A stretch of DNA of 63,996 bases, the filler included, from Sphacelaria rigidula (lineage: Eukaryota): the NCBI GenBank assembly GCA_964200075.2. It is 3 parts of 3 records of this genome, joined end to end, with 100 filler letters (N's around TTAATTAATTAA, not from the genome) between each part and the next. Parts side by side here need not be neighbours in the genome. Positions count along the whole stretch, not along the records: positions 1 to 21,417 come from CAXNAA020000425.1; 2 more parts are not named here. One strand, 5' to 3'. Made by a program: the position numbers and the translations under genes. Below the pieces are notes generated by a model, which worked only from the letters and a program-made list of their open reading frames with translations, ran no database searches and had not been told where the DNA came from. Shown here piece after piece: positions 1 to 14,600 of the stretch (position 1 is the first letter of the stretch; every line of letters starts with the position of its first letter).

Positions 1-1170
1 GATTATCTTGCATTTGAATGACAGCCTCCGATGAGTTGCTTTATTTTCTGGTGTCGCCAGTTTCAGAGACAGCCATGTCTTATACACTGCCTCATGGGTG
101 CGTCACCAGTATACCGGTCACCAGTATACCGGTAGGGGTGCATAACACTGTGCGCCAACCTACCATGCATCTAGTGTGAGTGTCTGAGAGCATATGCCAC
201 ATCCCCACGTGGGAACTCATCGCTGGCGTTGCTTAGGTGCTTGTGGATTCGCTGGGTCTCGACATCTACCGTCATGAGTTGGCCGTCGGGAAGCTCTTTT
301 TTTTTCGCCGTTGCAAAGGTATGGAGGTATGGAGGTATGGACATCACGCAATTTTGATGCGGTGAATCACGTCGTCTCCTGGCAAGGCGAAGGGCCTCAG
401 CCTTAGCATGTATGAACGGGTAAGGCACGAGCCAAAATACACTTTTCCGACCCAGGGGTCAGGTCTACCGATCCCTATTCGTCCTTAAGTGACACCAAAA
501 TTGACTGGTGACTTTCTTGTGATCATAGTGAGGTAATCGTCGCAAGGTAGTCACCGAGTGTTGTTCAAGACACACAGTATTGAAAACTCTAACGAAAATC
601 TATATTTTGCCGTCAACGTTTATTTTTGTCCTTGTGGTTGCTTTTTTCATCGCCGTGTCAGTGTTTTCGTCTCGCTCCTGTAGAGTTCGTGTTGAAAGGT
701 CCCGCCCATGAATGTCATCCCCAGACAGCGGAGTCGCAACCTACTCCCACGGCCCTCCCTGTTCGTTCTATTTTGTTTGTTTTGTATTATTTTTTCATGA
801 CCTCTTTATCGGAAGCTATGCGATAGGGGCCTGCCGGTTTATTTGTTCCCGATATCGATACTAGATATTAGTCTCGCGTTTGTTCTTGTTTCATATTTTC
901 CTTTCCTTTCCTTTCCTTTCCTTTCCTTTCCTGGCTGAACTCGTAGTGGATTACTTTGTGTGTCATAATCCACCGACGAAGCAATCAATGTACCGTTTCT
1001 TCAGCCATAAATCAAGGGCGAGGGTAGGTCATGCGGAAGAGAGCGATTATACCGCACAATGACACCTCAAACTTATCACGACAGTCCATGACATACAACG
1101 ATCAATCAATACGAATACTATGGACCCAACTGTCCGCAATCGATCTATCCAACCCGTCTACCTGCTCAAG

Positions 1171-4100
1171 ATGTGAAGATGCATATGTTGGAGAGCCTGT
1201 GGCACCGAGATGCACTGCTGAAGAGATCCAGCAGCCGCGGGAGAGAGATTTTCCGACAGTTTCACCGCCTCGGCATGACGTGGACCACAGTAGCAGTGTA
1301 CGAGTCGTGGGGAGATCTGTACTTCGAAACTTACGACCCAGCCGTCGCGAGTACGCTATCGCTGCAGGTACTTTTGCCTGGCTGTTCTATTATCCATATT
1401 CTCTATGGTAGATCCACTTGCGCTGCTCGCAGTTTGGTGTTGCAGACAGTTCAACCCTCCACATGCCACCCAGCTCGCACGTAGTGGTGTCCATAAGGAC
1501 AAGGGTAAAAGCACTGTTAAAGGGTGTACGGAATATTTTGAGAAACGCTGTTGTCGTTTTCCATGCTGTGCCAAAACGTTTCCCCTGAGGTTGTTCCCAT
1601 GTCTGTCCTTCGCGCTTTTTTTCACTTTTTTTCAACCACTTCGTCTACGGACAAATGGGTAGACAAATATCCGGGAGATATTCGACAGCCTGTTGCCCGA
1701 TAAGGCTGCTGCTGTGGCTTACGTGTATGCCATCAGAACTGGAAACTTTCCCAAAGAGCTCCTGCGACAGGTGTGGGAGAATTCGTGGTTTGTACCGTGT
1801 TGTTGTGGCAATGGTGACATTCAGTGAATGTACAGTGCGCAACAGCATTGGAATACCGAGGTTACTTGCACAGTAGGAGCTACAACACCTGGCAGACAGT
1901 ATGTTAAGCTATCGCCCTACGTATCTGTCGATGATTGAGGCAGTATTGCCACTAATGACTGCATCCCGTGTGAGGTTCTGGCCGCCTCCGGAGGGATCGT
2001 CTCCCACCCGCTATTATTACCTCGTCTCAAAGGTTGTAAACCCTGTGACGTTCGCAATTGGACCACAGGACAGTGGTCACAGCATGTGGTTGTTCACCTC
2101 ATTCACCTGACAACGAACAAAACAGATCTTGGATCGTCTGGATATAGTGCTGCCGGCCGAGAAGGACCGCTGGTGGCGGCGGCACGTAAATGGTGAAATG
2201 CCGCACTTGTGCCTCATCTCGCCGACGTCATCTACGAGGCCCTCCAAATTCCGCGGCCCCCTGTGGACAGAAGCAAGGTACACCTCGGGCAATCCGGTGA
2301 CGGCGAGTGTGTTTTCGTCTGCGCGGGGTGACTTTCTCGTCGAAATAAAACCTCGGAGAGATGGTGCGGCAACTTTTGGAGGTGAAAGCGATGACTGTAG
2401 CGGTTCGCCATTGGCCGGGGAGACTGTGCTTAAGCTCGAAGTCAGAGCTAGCGATTTAAGAGCCATTTTGGGGAGCGTTGAGGAAGGGGGGGAAAGGGGA
2501 TTGATTGGAGGATACCGCGCGCGACAGCGGCTACTGGCACCAAGTCGGCGGGCGGAAGTTTGTCGGTGAGATGAAGCGATCTGTTCATCCACCCGGGCCG
2601 GTTCGCAAGCTGGAATATGATAGTTGTCTCATATTTTTCGTAGTGACGACTGACAGCGGCAAACCGTGTGGAATGTTGTTCTTTCCCTCTGAGGGTTGGT
2701 TTCTCTCCAGCGCTTTACGCCGATGCAGCGTAGCGAGTACCTCACAGAAAAACTCGTGCTGTTCAGATATCTGCTGGATCACGTGACTATGGAGGAGGTT
2801 CGAGAAACCGGTGATACTGACCAAACGAGGAATGGCCAAGTGGATATTTCTCTAGCAGATCTTCATGCAGCATGCCGTTCGCACGAGGTACAAACACAAA
2901 CAGACCTTCGCTGCTCGTTAGGCTGGGGTGTTACACACACTGCACGTTGCAGGAGCGGGGCCGATTCACGATGGTTGAACATGCGCTTCATTTTTTTGTC
3001 ACGAGAGAAAGTCACTCATGAATGTTTTTTGTACATCAAAACCTTCTTATCTTATGCCAACATTTTTACAAACCGACGCGAACATCACCGGTGTGAAACA
3101 TCACACCCCATAACCCCCCCCCGTCCACCTCGAGTATTTCACATCGAACTCTACCCGCACGGTAGGCATGGGCGAAAGCCATAGGCGCTCCACTTAACCA
3201 CAACCTTGTCCCGGACAAGCCTGGACTGGAGGCAGTGTCGAATCTGGCATCAGACACCTGCTCCTACGCCGGGAAGTATGCCCTTTTTCTGCGCCCAAAC
3301 GTGGGCAGCGACGACCACTTGCTGTCGATATACGAAGGTCCATGGTCCCCCGATCGTAAAACTTGGTACACTGCGAGGATTTGCTTCGTGCAAGAAAGGT
3401 CGGCCGGCGCGGCCTTGCAAGGAACGGAAGTAGAACTTTCCTCATCTGAAAACACTGAAAGTAGCCATGAGACAGCGCGCTCACAGAGTCATGGTCCCGA
3501 GCTTGCGGTGATGCTAAAGCCGGAAGGTGCCCAGCAGAAGAATACGCGCTTGGAGAAAGAATCAAGAGAGCACATGAGTGGGGAAGATGAAATTTCCAAG
3601 AAGATGCTAAGGGCAGCCGTACAGTTGGAGCACGAGAAGGTGGCTAGAGAGCGGGCGTCCATGGATGCTCGAGCGCGTTCGGCCTTGATCGCTGCGGTTG
3701 CTACGGAACAGGTGACATCCGACCTGGGGTCAATTCCCAAACAATCAACTCGCAGATTTTTGTGAGGATCACCCCAGAAGAGTCCTTCCATCTTTCTGGT
3801 GCTACGCCACTGGCCCTTTGATGTACCGTTTCTGAAGTTGTGATTTTCCTAACCTCGAGAACTCGGAAGAAGAAGAAGCTGCTGAGCTAACGCGTTTTGG
3901 GGTTGCTGATATTCATCCTCACCCTCGGTTTCAATGCTCGCGCCCGTCTTGTTTGCCTCCTGGTATTTTCGCTATGTATGCTTGCAATGTTTTGGTTTTG
4001 TCAGATACGACAAAACAACCGGGTACAGGCGCTAGCCGATGCAAAGATTGAATTGACCAACACCTGGAGAAACCAAGACCTTTCAAGCGCTCGGCAAGCT

Positions 4101-7100
4101 GCTTCACTACTTCTACCGCTCTTGCAGTTGCACCAAAGTGCAGAGAATGGCGCCGTCCTTGCTATCGGGCAATCAACCGCCCAACAGCGGCTTAGTATCC
4201 AACAACTTTTCTCGTATGAGATTATGCACCCGATAGTCTCCGAGTGCATTGCAAATTCCACAACGACACCAAGCGGTTCCAAACAGTCCTCAACTTGGTC
4301 ACGAAGCGCTAACGGTAACAACCGTTCGTCTGTGCGCCCGATTAGCGGGCAGAAGCCGAGCACTGCCGAAATGAGGCCGATACACCCGGCGCAAGGAACA
4401 GCCCAAGATATAAGAAATGGTGGGACAGGCATTGCGAGGGTACGGAGACAACCTCCTCCTCTGCGTCAACTATCACACCAGCGGTTGGGTGAAGTGTTTT
4501 CGGAACGCCGCTATCGGGGGGAAAGACTATCAGAGCAAGAACCCGGGACTCCTGGTGGAGGTGATGATTTAGCAGCATCGGAGCCGGAGCATCTGGTAAC
4601 TAGTGTTCTGAGACTACGGGGTGAAGTGGCTATGGTACGGGCTGTACTGGAGCCGCCAAGGGCATGTGGCGTTATACATGCAGACCCTTGTACCACAAAA
4701 GCGAAGCATGACCACAGAGGGGAAGACGGAGCTCGGTGTAATGTTCGGTGTATATTGAAAATCGAGGCGTATTTTCCCGGAAACTCGAAGACCATGTGTA
4801 TCTGTTTCAGAATTTGCTCTGCCGCATCGGCACCTGCTATCATGACTGGTCAATCGCCGCCCATTGAGGGTGATCAACACATAGCTCGAGATTTGGAAGA
4901 GCAATGCCGGTCGCGACAAAAGGAACTGGAAGTGGTACGAAAGATGGGTGAAACTGAAGTCGAGATGGGCATCCAATCGATGTCTAGTGTGATAAAAGGA
5001 GCCACCTTAAGGGCTGCGAGCTTCGGCAGATCGGACGACCGGGACAGAACACGAAATGCTGATCCAGTCCACCAGCCTGTTAATAATGCGTTTAGCTCCT
5101 TGATTATTCGAGCTGATGTGCGTGTTCCGGTGGAAAGGATTCGTCTTGGCAATGGGTCGTGGAAAGAAGCCGTGGGTGATCTGGTCGGTTGCCCGCGTGA
5201 TGTCGAGCTGAGGACGGTAAGTGAGTAAAAATAAAATAAACGCTCAGCCTATTCCGATTGCCGTTCAGCCCCGACGTAGGCCGACGCCTCACTTCGTGGG
5301 CAACAGCAGCCATTTTTTGTTCATTTTTGTTTCATACTTCGGTCGATGGGAAACAAACGACACTGCTTGTCGGAATTTCTCCTCGCCGCGCAGCTCAAGG
5401 TAGGAGGTCCCGTGGTATTTGCAGCGAGTGCATCGTATGAGGCCCCTTTTAACGTAAAGGCGGAGAAGCTGATCGGGCAGAGGTACGAAACCTAGGTTGG
5501 TCACGTCGCACGGAAGTGAAAGTAGCTTCGGGAGCACGGAGTGTTGCAGCAGCAAACTTTATTCCTACTAGTTGTTACACACCATCTACTGCACGGTTCC
5601 CAAGAAACTGGACGAATTTTCGGTGTCTACGCTGTCTAGTTCGTGCTCAGAACGAGGTGTAGGAATGTGAGCACGAAGTGATGCTGCAAAGAACTCAACG
5701 GCTGATAGTTTCCATACACCCGGTACTGTAAGGCACCCATGAAGCTGGAATCTTTTTTGGTTCTGTGTCGTCTAGACGCCCAGCCCAGGCAGAATGATAT
5801 CCACCACCTATCGTCTTGTCGCTCTATCCTACATACATACACACGACAATTTGCCATCCGTGGCCACCTCACTACGAGCATATTCACACCCTTTTCAGTC
5901 CGTAGTCATTAGAACGGACGACCCAAAGGCGTGACCCCATTATGACATACCCTTTAATCCACGGACGGATGCGATTTTCCCTTACACACAATGCTGGCTC
6001 TTGCTGTGGCTTCAAATCACGATCCAGACTTCACGGGGATGTCGTTTGGGTGAAGGCTCGCGCGGAAGCAAACGTTGCTGCCATTCTGGAGGGGGACATA
6101 CAGCTGATGGGAAAAGAGGCTAAGGTAGCCGACCTGCTCGATAGCGCATGGTAAGGGGAAATCCCGCCACAGTCACACCAAGAAGTCTACAGTGCCACGA
6201 ATGATACGACGATTCCCAACGTATGTTCAGCACTTTACTCAGTTCGTTTCATTTGTATGAACCCAATGACTAATTTTACTGCAGCATGTTCTTGCGATGG
6301 GGTTGGCACGGAAAACAGAGTATGCATACCCTATCCCATCACCACCGATTTCTTCGTCAGGGTCAGGTCGCTTTGAGGGTCCGAAAGCTGTACACAACAT
6401 GAAGGAAACGTGTAGACTAATGACACCATGTTTCCTCGACTGCAACATCGTTCCGTCTTGGTGTATGTACTAACATAGTTTCCGCTACTGGAGACACTTC
6501 CAACCTCAACCCGACGCGTGGAACATGACATGCAGTAGTCGTACTTTATGCTCGACGTCAAGTATTACAAATCATGCGGCACTGCATCAAAGACTCGAGG
6601 ATCTGCGCGGACTCCTGTTCGTTGTTGTTTTTGTTTTTGTTTTTGTTGTTGTCATGGACTCGCATTCCGGTGCACATGAAATCATTTTTTGGCGCGACGT
6701 TTTCATCTCGGCACCGTCTGAGCGCAGGCAGGAGATGGAGAAAACGTTGGAGCAGGAGAATCGAAGGTCAGAGAATCGCGGTCTAGCACTTCGGAAGACA
6801 TGTGCACGTCAACTTTCAGTAGAATCGGAGTTGTTCGTTGACTCGTGAGTGCTGTCCATCCGGCTTCATTATACACATGTTAGCTCATCGTGTACGGAGC
6901 ATTTGTGTCGGCCGAAGAATGTGATTGAGGGCCCGCATGGCTGTCTTCCAGGTACTTGCGCAGGCGCCGAAGCGTTAGTGAGTTATAGCGCGAAGTAGTG
7001 TTTCTCTTATGCCCAGTGCACCGTGGTCGGCTTGTTCGGTGTGAGTACCAAGAAGACTGCGGCTGGGGCATGCCAAATGTGCAGCGCTATGATGTGCTAA

Positions 7101-10100
7101 TCGCCTATGTAATTTCTACATGCCTGATGGTACACTACAGGTACAATGATGCGGTAGTCGCTGAGGCCAGGCGGCTGCTTCCTGCCCTACTCCCAGCTTG
7201 CTTCGCGACTTCCGCAAACGGGGAAGATCGACTCGCTGCTGAAATGTTCTCTCTCTTGGGTAGGGCAGGGTTACGCAAGTCGTCAGGACATGTCGATTCT
7301 CTCGCGGAAGCATCAGAACGCCCAATAGCGTCTGGCTCGCCCAAAACGGTGGAGTTTCGACCGTGGCCCGTTGTTCGGGAGATACTACGGATACACGTAC
7401 CTTCATGCCAGGTACGACCGAACGAGCAAAGAGTAGCCGTGAACCGTACGTGTTTCGAGGACGTCAACTCACTGTTGGGTTGGAAGAGAGAGTGTATGAC
7501 GTGGAGTTGTACGTAACACAGGGGAAGGGTCAGTAAAGCATCTGTCCCCCGTGATGAGGCTCTAGCCTGCATCTGTACTGAATCGCGTCGATCCAATAGG
7601 GCCCGTGTGCTCTATGGATTTCCTCGCCGACAGAGACGTTCTCGTTGCAAGCGCTGGTTGGCCTGGGAGTGTAAAATTGGGATATTTCCATGTGCAGAGC
7701 GCAATGACCCTGACGTGTAGCAAAACGCCTCGGCACCTCGACGACGAAATCGTATATTTTGATTCAACAGATTCCTGGTCCAGCTTGCCCTGTGCCGTGC
7801 TGTCGCGAAACTCGAGCTCGAATTGCGCACCGGTCGGACGTTTGCATCGACGACCAAAACGAGGAGATCGACAGGTGGGCGTATAGTACGCCCGAATGGC
7901 GATGTGACATGCTCACAGAACACACAGCTAGAGTTACGGAACCTAAAGATTTGCACTCGTACATCCATGTCCACCTCAATGAGATCAATCAGTGTCGAAA
8001 GCAACCTGTTCGTGTTCTAACGTAAAGGTGCATGATGCATCATCGCCGGGCCTTACGGAAACAAGGGCAGTGTGGAGGAGGTAAGTCGGCACGACTTTGT
8101 AACGGTAGGTGCTTTCCCATTGTTTCTTATCTACTGTAGTATTCGAAAGCCTGCGTACAATTCTGACAAGGGTGTCTGTGCAAGGCTCGGTCGTCTTTGG
8201 AGACTGTCAGGACAAGGCATAATGCTGCCACCAGCGTGCAATCCCTCTCACGCTGTACTCCGCTACTCTGTGCTCGTCAGACTTGATCGTGGGGAACATC
8301 GACTGTCGAAGGCCCTCCTCTCCAATAACATACCCGTGCTCACTCACAATCAACCAAGGACGCCCCTTCACACGTGCCCTACGAGCCCTCAATAACGCCA
8401 CAGCAACAATTGGACAACCTCACACGGGTGTCTCTGGCGCAGTGGAAACAGCTCGTACAATGAGCACTACCGCCCTAGGGCCTTCAAAGTCTCATGCCAA
8501 AAGCCTTAGTCAAACAACACTGATGAGCAAGATTAAACGCTCGGAGGAAGAAATACCGGCGCGATGTCGGGTGGGCCTGGACCTCATAGGATTGCTTGTG
8601 GGATCAGGTGGACACGACGCTATGGGGCGGGAAGTCGGCGTGGGCCCTGGCGAAGCCGTGGAAGCGGCCGGGCTCAACAACAGGTCGCAGGTGACTCGCG
8701 TCAACTTCCGCACTGCAACTTCCAGGCGTTCATTGCTCTAGCCTGAAATAATTTGGTGCTTTTGTACTGCAACGTTTCACGTAGATTTAGTTCCAGGTAC
8801 CACCCAAATACGAATATCGCGCTTGTGCGTACTATACCGTTGGACTATGTAAATTGCCAAAGAAAGGGTGTGTCCACCTTATCCTACTGATGTCCGCTGT
8901 AGTTGACCGGATGCCGAGGGGTAGACGAGGCGTGGATCTTCTTCATGACATGTAAGAGCAAGAAAAAATGTCACACACGTTGTGACCAGTTTCGGTACCC
9001 GGCCCCGTGTTATCGTACTCCTCGCGGGTAACGGACGCTGTTGTCCAGGGTCACGAGACCCAATGAATGTAAGCAAGACGGATGATTCGGGCTGTTCAAT
9101 GTCTCGTCACTATCGGCGTAGTCTTTGCCGTGAATCAAGGGCCTCTCGATCATTTGATCATGCTGGAGAATCGCTTTACGGTGCGTAGTTACAAATATGG
9201 CATTAACACTAAGATACCCTAATGTAGTGTTCACGTAACGACCCATTGGTGTATCTCTTGTGCGCCAAGGGATTCATCTGATGAAAGGAACGCAAATCCA
9301 TTCTCGTCGAAAATGGATGCTGACCCCTATAGATGTATACATGGGTGAGCATAGGCGCAGTTGTGCTTGGTATGATGCCTCGTTGCGTGGCATACGCAAA
9401 ACATGCATACGGCATGCTATTCCAACCACCGTCTGTACTCCAAGCGTGTGGTTCTGGACATTCCGCCGCTCGCACGCCCACGCGCTTCCACATAACAGAT
9501 TGCACAGTGGGTCATGGGGCGCCTCAAGCTGGGCAGCGTTGTCGCCGGCAGGACGAGTGAATACGCGCAGAATCTCTGTTTCGACGAAACACATTGCACC
9601 GGTGCAGCTTCCATATCGGGTACTAGGTGAGGGGCGACCCGGTGAAAGACTGCTACAAATAAGTGGCCCAATGTGTACCTACGGTGCATACAGCATTGTT
9701 TCATCACACCCAGGAGCTGTGTCCATATCAACCCTGGGATGTTGCTGAACTTAAAATGTGGTCGAGATGGAATGCCACAAACTCATTCTCGTGCCAAAAA
9801 TTTAGATGGTCTGCAGATAAACCCGGACGGTACGCCCGGAAAGAAGACACGTGAGCATTCCGAAACGTCATTCCCCATCCCACACATCCTTACCCTCTTG
9901 AATCATGACTCGACATAGGATTGTGCTGTGCGTGGCGCAATCAGGGGACGGATCGGTCACGGTGACTGGCCACGACCCACTCACATGTGAAGGCCTTCGT
10001 CTAGTGCTGAGTTCATCTGCGATAAACCGCCTGTGTAGTTCCGAGGGACTCAATACGGCACTCGAGGAGACTAATCCAGGGCCTACAATCGCCAGGTAAG

Positions 10101-11360
10101 AACGACCACCGCTACATCGAGACGGACATAAATAAAAGAAAACGTATTTCCGTCAAATCGTACCTACAACTAAAGAGGGGCGTGTGTTTTAGTAACGACG
10201 TTTTGGTATTCTACCCTTGAAATTCACGACCAGTATTGCCTTGTTTCGCCGCCTCAAGCGTACAGTAGTAGCTCACGCGCTATTTCCCGTCTACCTCTTG
10301 TCGGTGCTGTGAAGCCTTCGACTCCATTCACTCATGGCAAAACTGCAACATCCCTCTTGCAATGCATTATTCGCGTGCCTGCGATAAACAACATTCTGCC
10401 AGGCACTTGCTACACAACGCCTCTCGGTTGCTTGAAGTCCGCTCCGTTGGCGAGGTTGAATGTCTTGCTCTCGCGGACTGTGGTGACGATGATTCACTAA
10501 CGTCATGTTCCAATTCGCTGCACGGCACGGGATCTGTACAATCTACATCGGTAGAAAGCTTGCACAGTGGCTTTGAAGCACGAGCAACCAATGTGAAAAT
10601 CGACTCGACACACGACAAGTTTGGAACAGAGTGCCGAATACGACGGCTCGAGGGTGGTCGGAGACGGGCGAAACAAAATCGATTGAAAAGGGGAGCTCAG
10701 GTGTTGGCGACCGCAGCGGCAGAGTGGCGAGCAATCTGTGACGAAGATAAAAACGGGGCTACCTTCCGCGCTTTCCTGACGTGTGGCACGGAAACTCTCA
10801 CAATGGCCACGGCCTCATTTGTGGGGTTAACTGTACGAGATTCCGGACAACAAAATGAAAATGGTTTAACACAGAAAAATATTGTTTCAGTTCGAGAAGC
10901 GATCATGCAAGAAATCAGGAAACAATCCGGTAAGAGACGACCTGGGAGCGCCGAAAAGAACCGTGCGCATCCTGCCGACCGACGAACTTCTTCCGGGAAA
11001 GAAATATCGCCGAGCAACGACAAAAGTCGCACAAAACGGTCAAGCGAAGCCGCTCCTGAAGAACCAGCGAAACAGGAATCAACACACACTAGCCAAGAAC
11101 AAGATTCACCAGTCAGGGAAGACAATTCGCCACGGGGAACGGGGTCTGGCGGCGGTGTCTCTGCTGCGGAGGATGCAGTAAGTGCGCCTACACTTGAGGA
11201 AGTGCTTGAGGCGTTGACAGGGTTAGAACAAGTCCTGGAAAGGGGTGCCGTGGGTTTGGTTGTGTTCGTCGAGTGGTGGGAAAAGGCCGACTCGGTAGCA
11301 GAAGTAGCTCTGAAGTCGACTTATTTGACGCCGGCCAAACGGAAGACGTGGAGAAAGTAG
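1171..11360 (+). CDS. Large multi-exon hypothetical protein (5' end uncertain, may start upstream). Exons read: ~1171-1367, 2126-2565, 2767-~2810, 3254-3711, 4005-5216, 5394-5482, 6028-6150, 6728-6766, 7141-7411, 7771-7874, ~8404-8690, 9499-9626, 9919-10095, 10403-11360 (stop TAG)
   Basis: Series of open segments bounded by YAG acceptors and GT donors. Phases join consistently from 3254 to 7874 and from 9499 to 11360. Long open exons at 4005-5216 (404 codons) and 10403-11360. Exon joins at 1370-2120 and 7875-9498 are unresolved. No family recognised. Confidence 0.75.
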
Positions 11361-11634
11361 TGTATTTTACGACGTGAAAGTGTTGAGGTAGGCAATGCAT
11401 CGCCGATGGATTATACTCTCAGGACCATAGAATAGAAACCCAGACAAACTTTCCATCGACACAATTATGAACGTACTAGCAAGCTATGGGTAGATTCATG
11501 CTTGAGGCTGTTCTCCATGGGGAAATGTGTCCCCCTTCAACTGGACAAGCACCTGTGCGAGGCCCGTGCCAAGACGCTGCAAGCAACGCACGACATCGAC
11601 CCGCAACCAGCACGGCTGCGGTGTCCATGCCATA

Positions 11635-14600
11635 CTAGCAGTTTGTATCGCGGTTCCTTGGGCGCTGACCAGATGGAGCTGTCGCAGTAACCTGCCTATT
11701 GCTTGCTCGCGCTCGCCATGTCGAGAACATGAATATCCGCCAGTTCTCTGTATACATGGCATAGAGAGGAGGGCGTCTCATTCGTTGCTGACGGTCATAG
11801 AAATGGAGTTTGATAGTTCGCCTCAGAGTGTGGAGCTTGACAAACCTGCTCTGCGCTTTCTACCTCAGTGTTGCAACTACTCGTAGATTACCCTGCCTTC
11901 ATTGAAGTACACTACAAAGAAAATCGGGGCTATTCGCGATACTGTATCATTATACCAAACATATAGAGTTGTGCAGATAAAAATATGTTGGGCAATTTCA
12001 TATCAGAGAGCCTGCTCACGGAAGGCATGTATCCTTCGGGATGATGCCGGTCAAAGCCACTGCAGGAGGAAAATTCTCGGCCGTATCGAATGTCGTACAC
12101 GGAAACGCGCTTTCGAAAACAAGCGGACAGTTATGGGTGCTGAACTGCCCGTCTATTTTTTGTGATCAAGCTTGCCTACACTCATGATCACGGACCTTGG
12201 TGAAGCCTGGAACTTTGACAATACCACGAGCCCCGCCACTAAGCAAGCGCCTCCAACCGACAAGAACGCAGTCGCCAACGTTCCGTTCTTATTCCCCACA
12301 GTCGATGCTGTTGTTATAACCAAGCTTTTCGTGCCTCCAAATACTGACACGTGAAAATCTGACGGCACGCAGGGGTGAATAGCATATTGCGAAAACTATC
12401 ACTTGGTGTGAAAGTGTGCAATGACAGGCTGCTGCTTCGTGCATTCGGCATTGATCTTGACATGTGTTTGACCGCGAGTATCGCTATGATACGGTATCCT
12501 GGTTAGATCTCTCCCTGCAACCTGTAGCAACGCTGCGGGAGACGGAAGAGGATGGTGCACGACTGAAGTATATTTTACGTGTTCTCAGCCTCTTATCGTC
12601 GTTGCAACACCCGTTTCAAACGTCTCTCGCTTGCGTTTTGGAGAAATTGTCCATACGATATCTGCGCTGTTCGACAAGCTTTTGAAGTCTGACGAGTGAG
12701 CCATGTGAAGGTGTTTACCTGGTGGGGTTATAGCACCGCGCCATGCAGAAACCACCAGCCTGCGGTCAAGGGACTTGCGAGCTGAAATTAACGCTATAGC
12801 AGTTGCGCGACCATAAAGGAAGGAGTCAATAGCCACAACAACAGCATCGATCATATCCCTATTTTAGCGGAGAAAAACACATGTGTTCTCTACATCTTGC
12901 TTTCAGACTTACCAACGCTCCACGCATAGAGTAATATCGCTTAATTCTACATTTATCGTGGTTAGAAGTGACGTCTAGGTATATGTTGTACTATACTCAC
13001 TCGCGGTGACATTAAACGTCAACCTTGCCGATGCCGCCAAGTCGTGCTCAATTCGCCCGTAGAGGTTTCGGAAGGTTGATCTGGCCGCTGTTCGCATCCA
13101 CACCATGAAGTGCTCGTTTTCAACCCCTTGTATTGGGCTTATTACCTAAGTGCGCGGAATCATGAGAGAAGACGGAATTTCCCACATTTTCTGAGCAGCA
13201 AAAGCGATGTTATGGAAGCGTGAATCGTCTATTATTGTAAGTGAAAATAAGCTAAGATAGCAAGTTAGGCTGGCACAATTCAAAGACAACGCATCAACCA
13301 ACACACCTATCATGTCTCACCTCCGGGTACGTTTCGTAAAGATACTGTGTCGCGGCCTCCTCAGGATACCAATACTTGTACTCCACACCTAAAGACGACC
13401 AGAGAATGTGAAAGTAAAGACGATCGTTTCGACAATACTTTGCCAGTTCATTTCGCGCCATGAGGATTCCGACAGGGCGCTCTTCGTGCTCTCGCACATA
13501 AGTGAGTACTCATGGTCATGCATGCCATAGTCATAACACATTTGAGCGGGTGGTTCATCTCCTCATGTTTCAAGAAAACCGATTTGTGAATGAAAGCGCA
13601 CATCAAGCAGCGTAGCGCTAGTCCGTTGAGGGCTTTTACACCCGAGAAGTCGTACTCGCTGAACATAGCGACGCTCGATTCGACGCATGTTTCACATAAA
13701 GTACATCACTAGACATCCATATTGGTGATTTCGGGCGTGTTCACCAATCACAGAGCGGCGCTCGACCCATCTGATCATGTTGCTCACTTCACGTGTTACA
13801 CATCGACTTTGAAGAGTACTTCACGCATGTAGTGGCGCGATGGCACTCTCCGCATAATGATCACAGCGCTTTGCGATACGTACCTGTTTGGTTGTCTACG
13901 TAGTTGCCACAGTCTGTGTAGGACGATGAGCCGAGGCAAGCTTCGCAACCGTCAGTAGGCGCACATTCTGCCGACACAAACCCATCTGGCTGCATAAATA
14001 CGCCGTCATGATCTGCAAGAGAAGTTCGCGTGCCGCGGTAAGCATGTGACGCTATGTTGAGGCTGCTAGCACCAAGGAACGCGTCCGGGCGCATCAACAT
14101 TTGACGAAATAAGACGGAAATGTCGTGAGGACTATTATCGTTTGAAGTGGACACATGAGCACACACCCACACAAATTATTCAAAGTTTTGCCGTCGGCTT
14201 CATCGCCCGCGAGGAGCGGGCGACGGGAAGTAGTGTCCATGTGTGGGCAGTGCGAACATCAGGATACGGCAAAGGCCGGCGTACAATGCAGGACTTATCG
14301 CTAGACCTCATTCGTATCTACTCTCACCACTTGCCCATGAGATATCCGATTCAGTCATGTAGTCACGTGGGGATGTGGAGTCAGACCAACCAGGACCGCC
14401 AGCCACCACGATGATGTCGTTGAACATATTATTTGCCGCCAACCCACACGGGTTCAGCTCGTATGAGCCGACTGATTCGAGTGGGTCGCAGCTGCTAGCC
14501 TCTCCAACCTGCTGAGCCAACGTTCAAAATTAGTGGTGAAGAACGGTTTTAGCGCTGGGAGCTCTCAGCCTATATTCTTATGTGGACGAGACTCCAAGCG

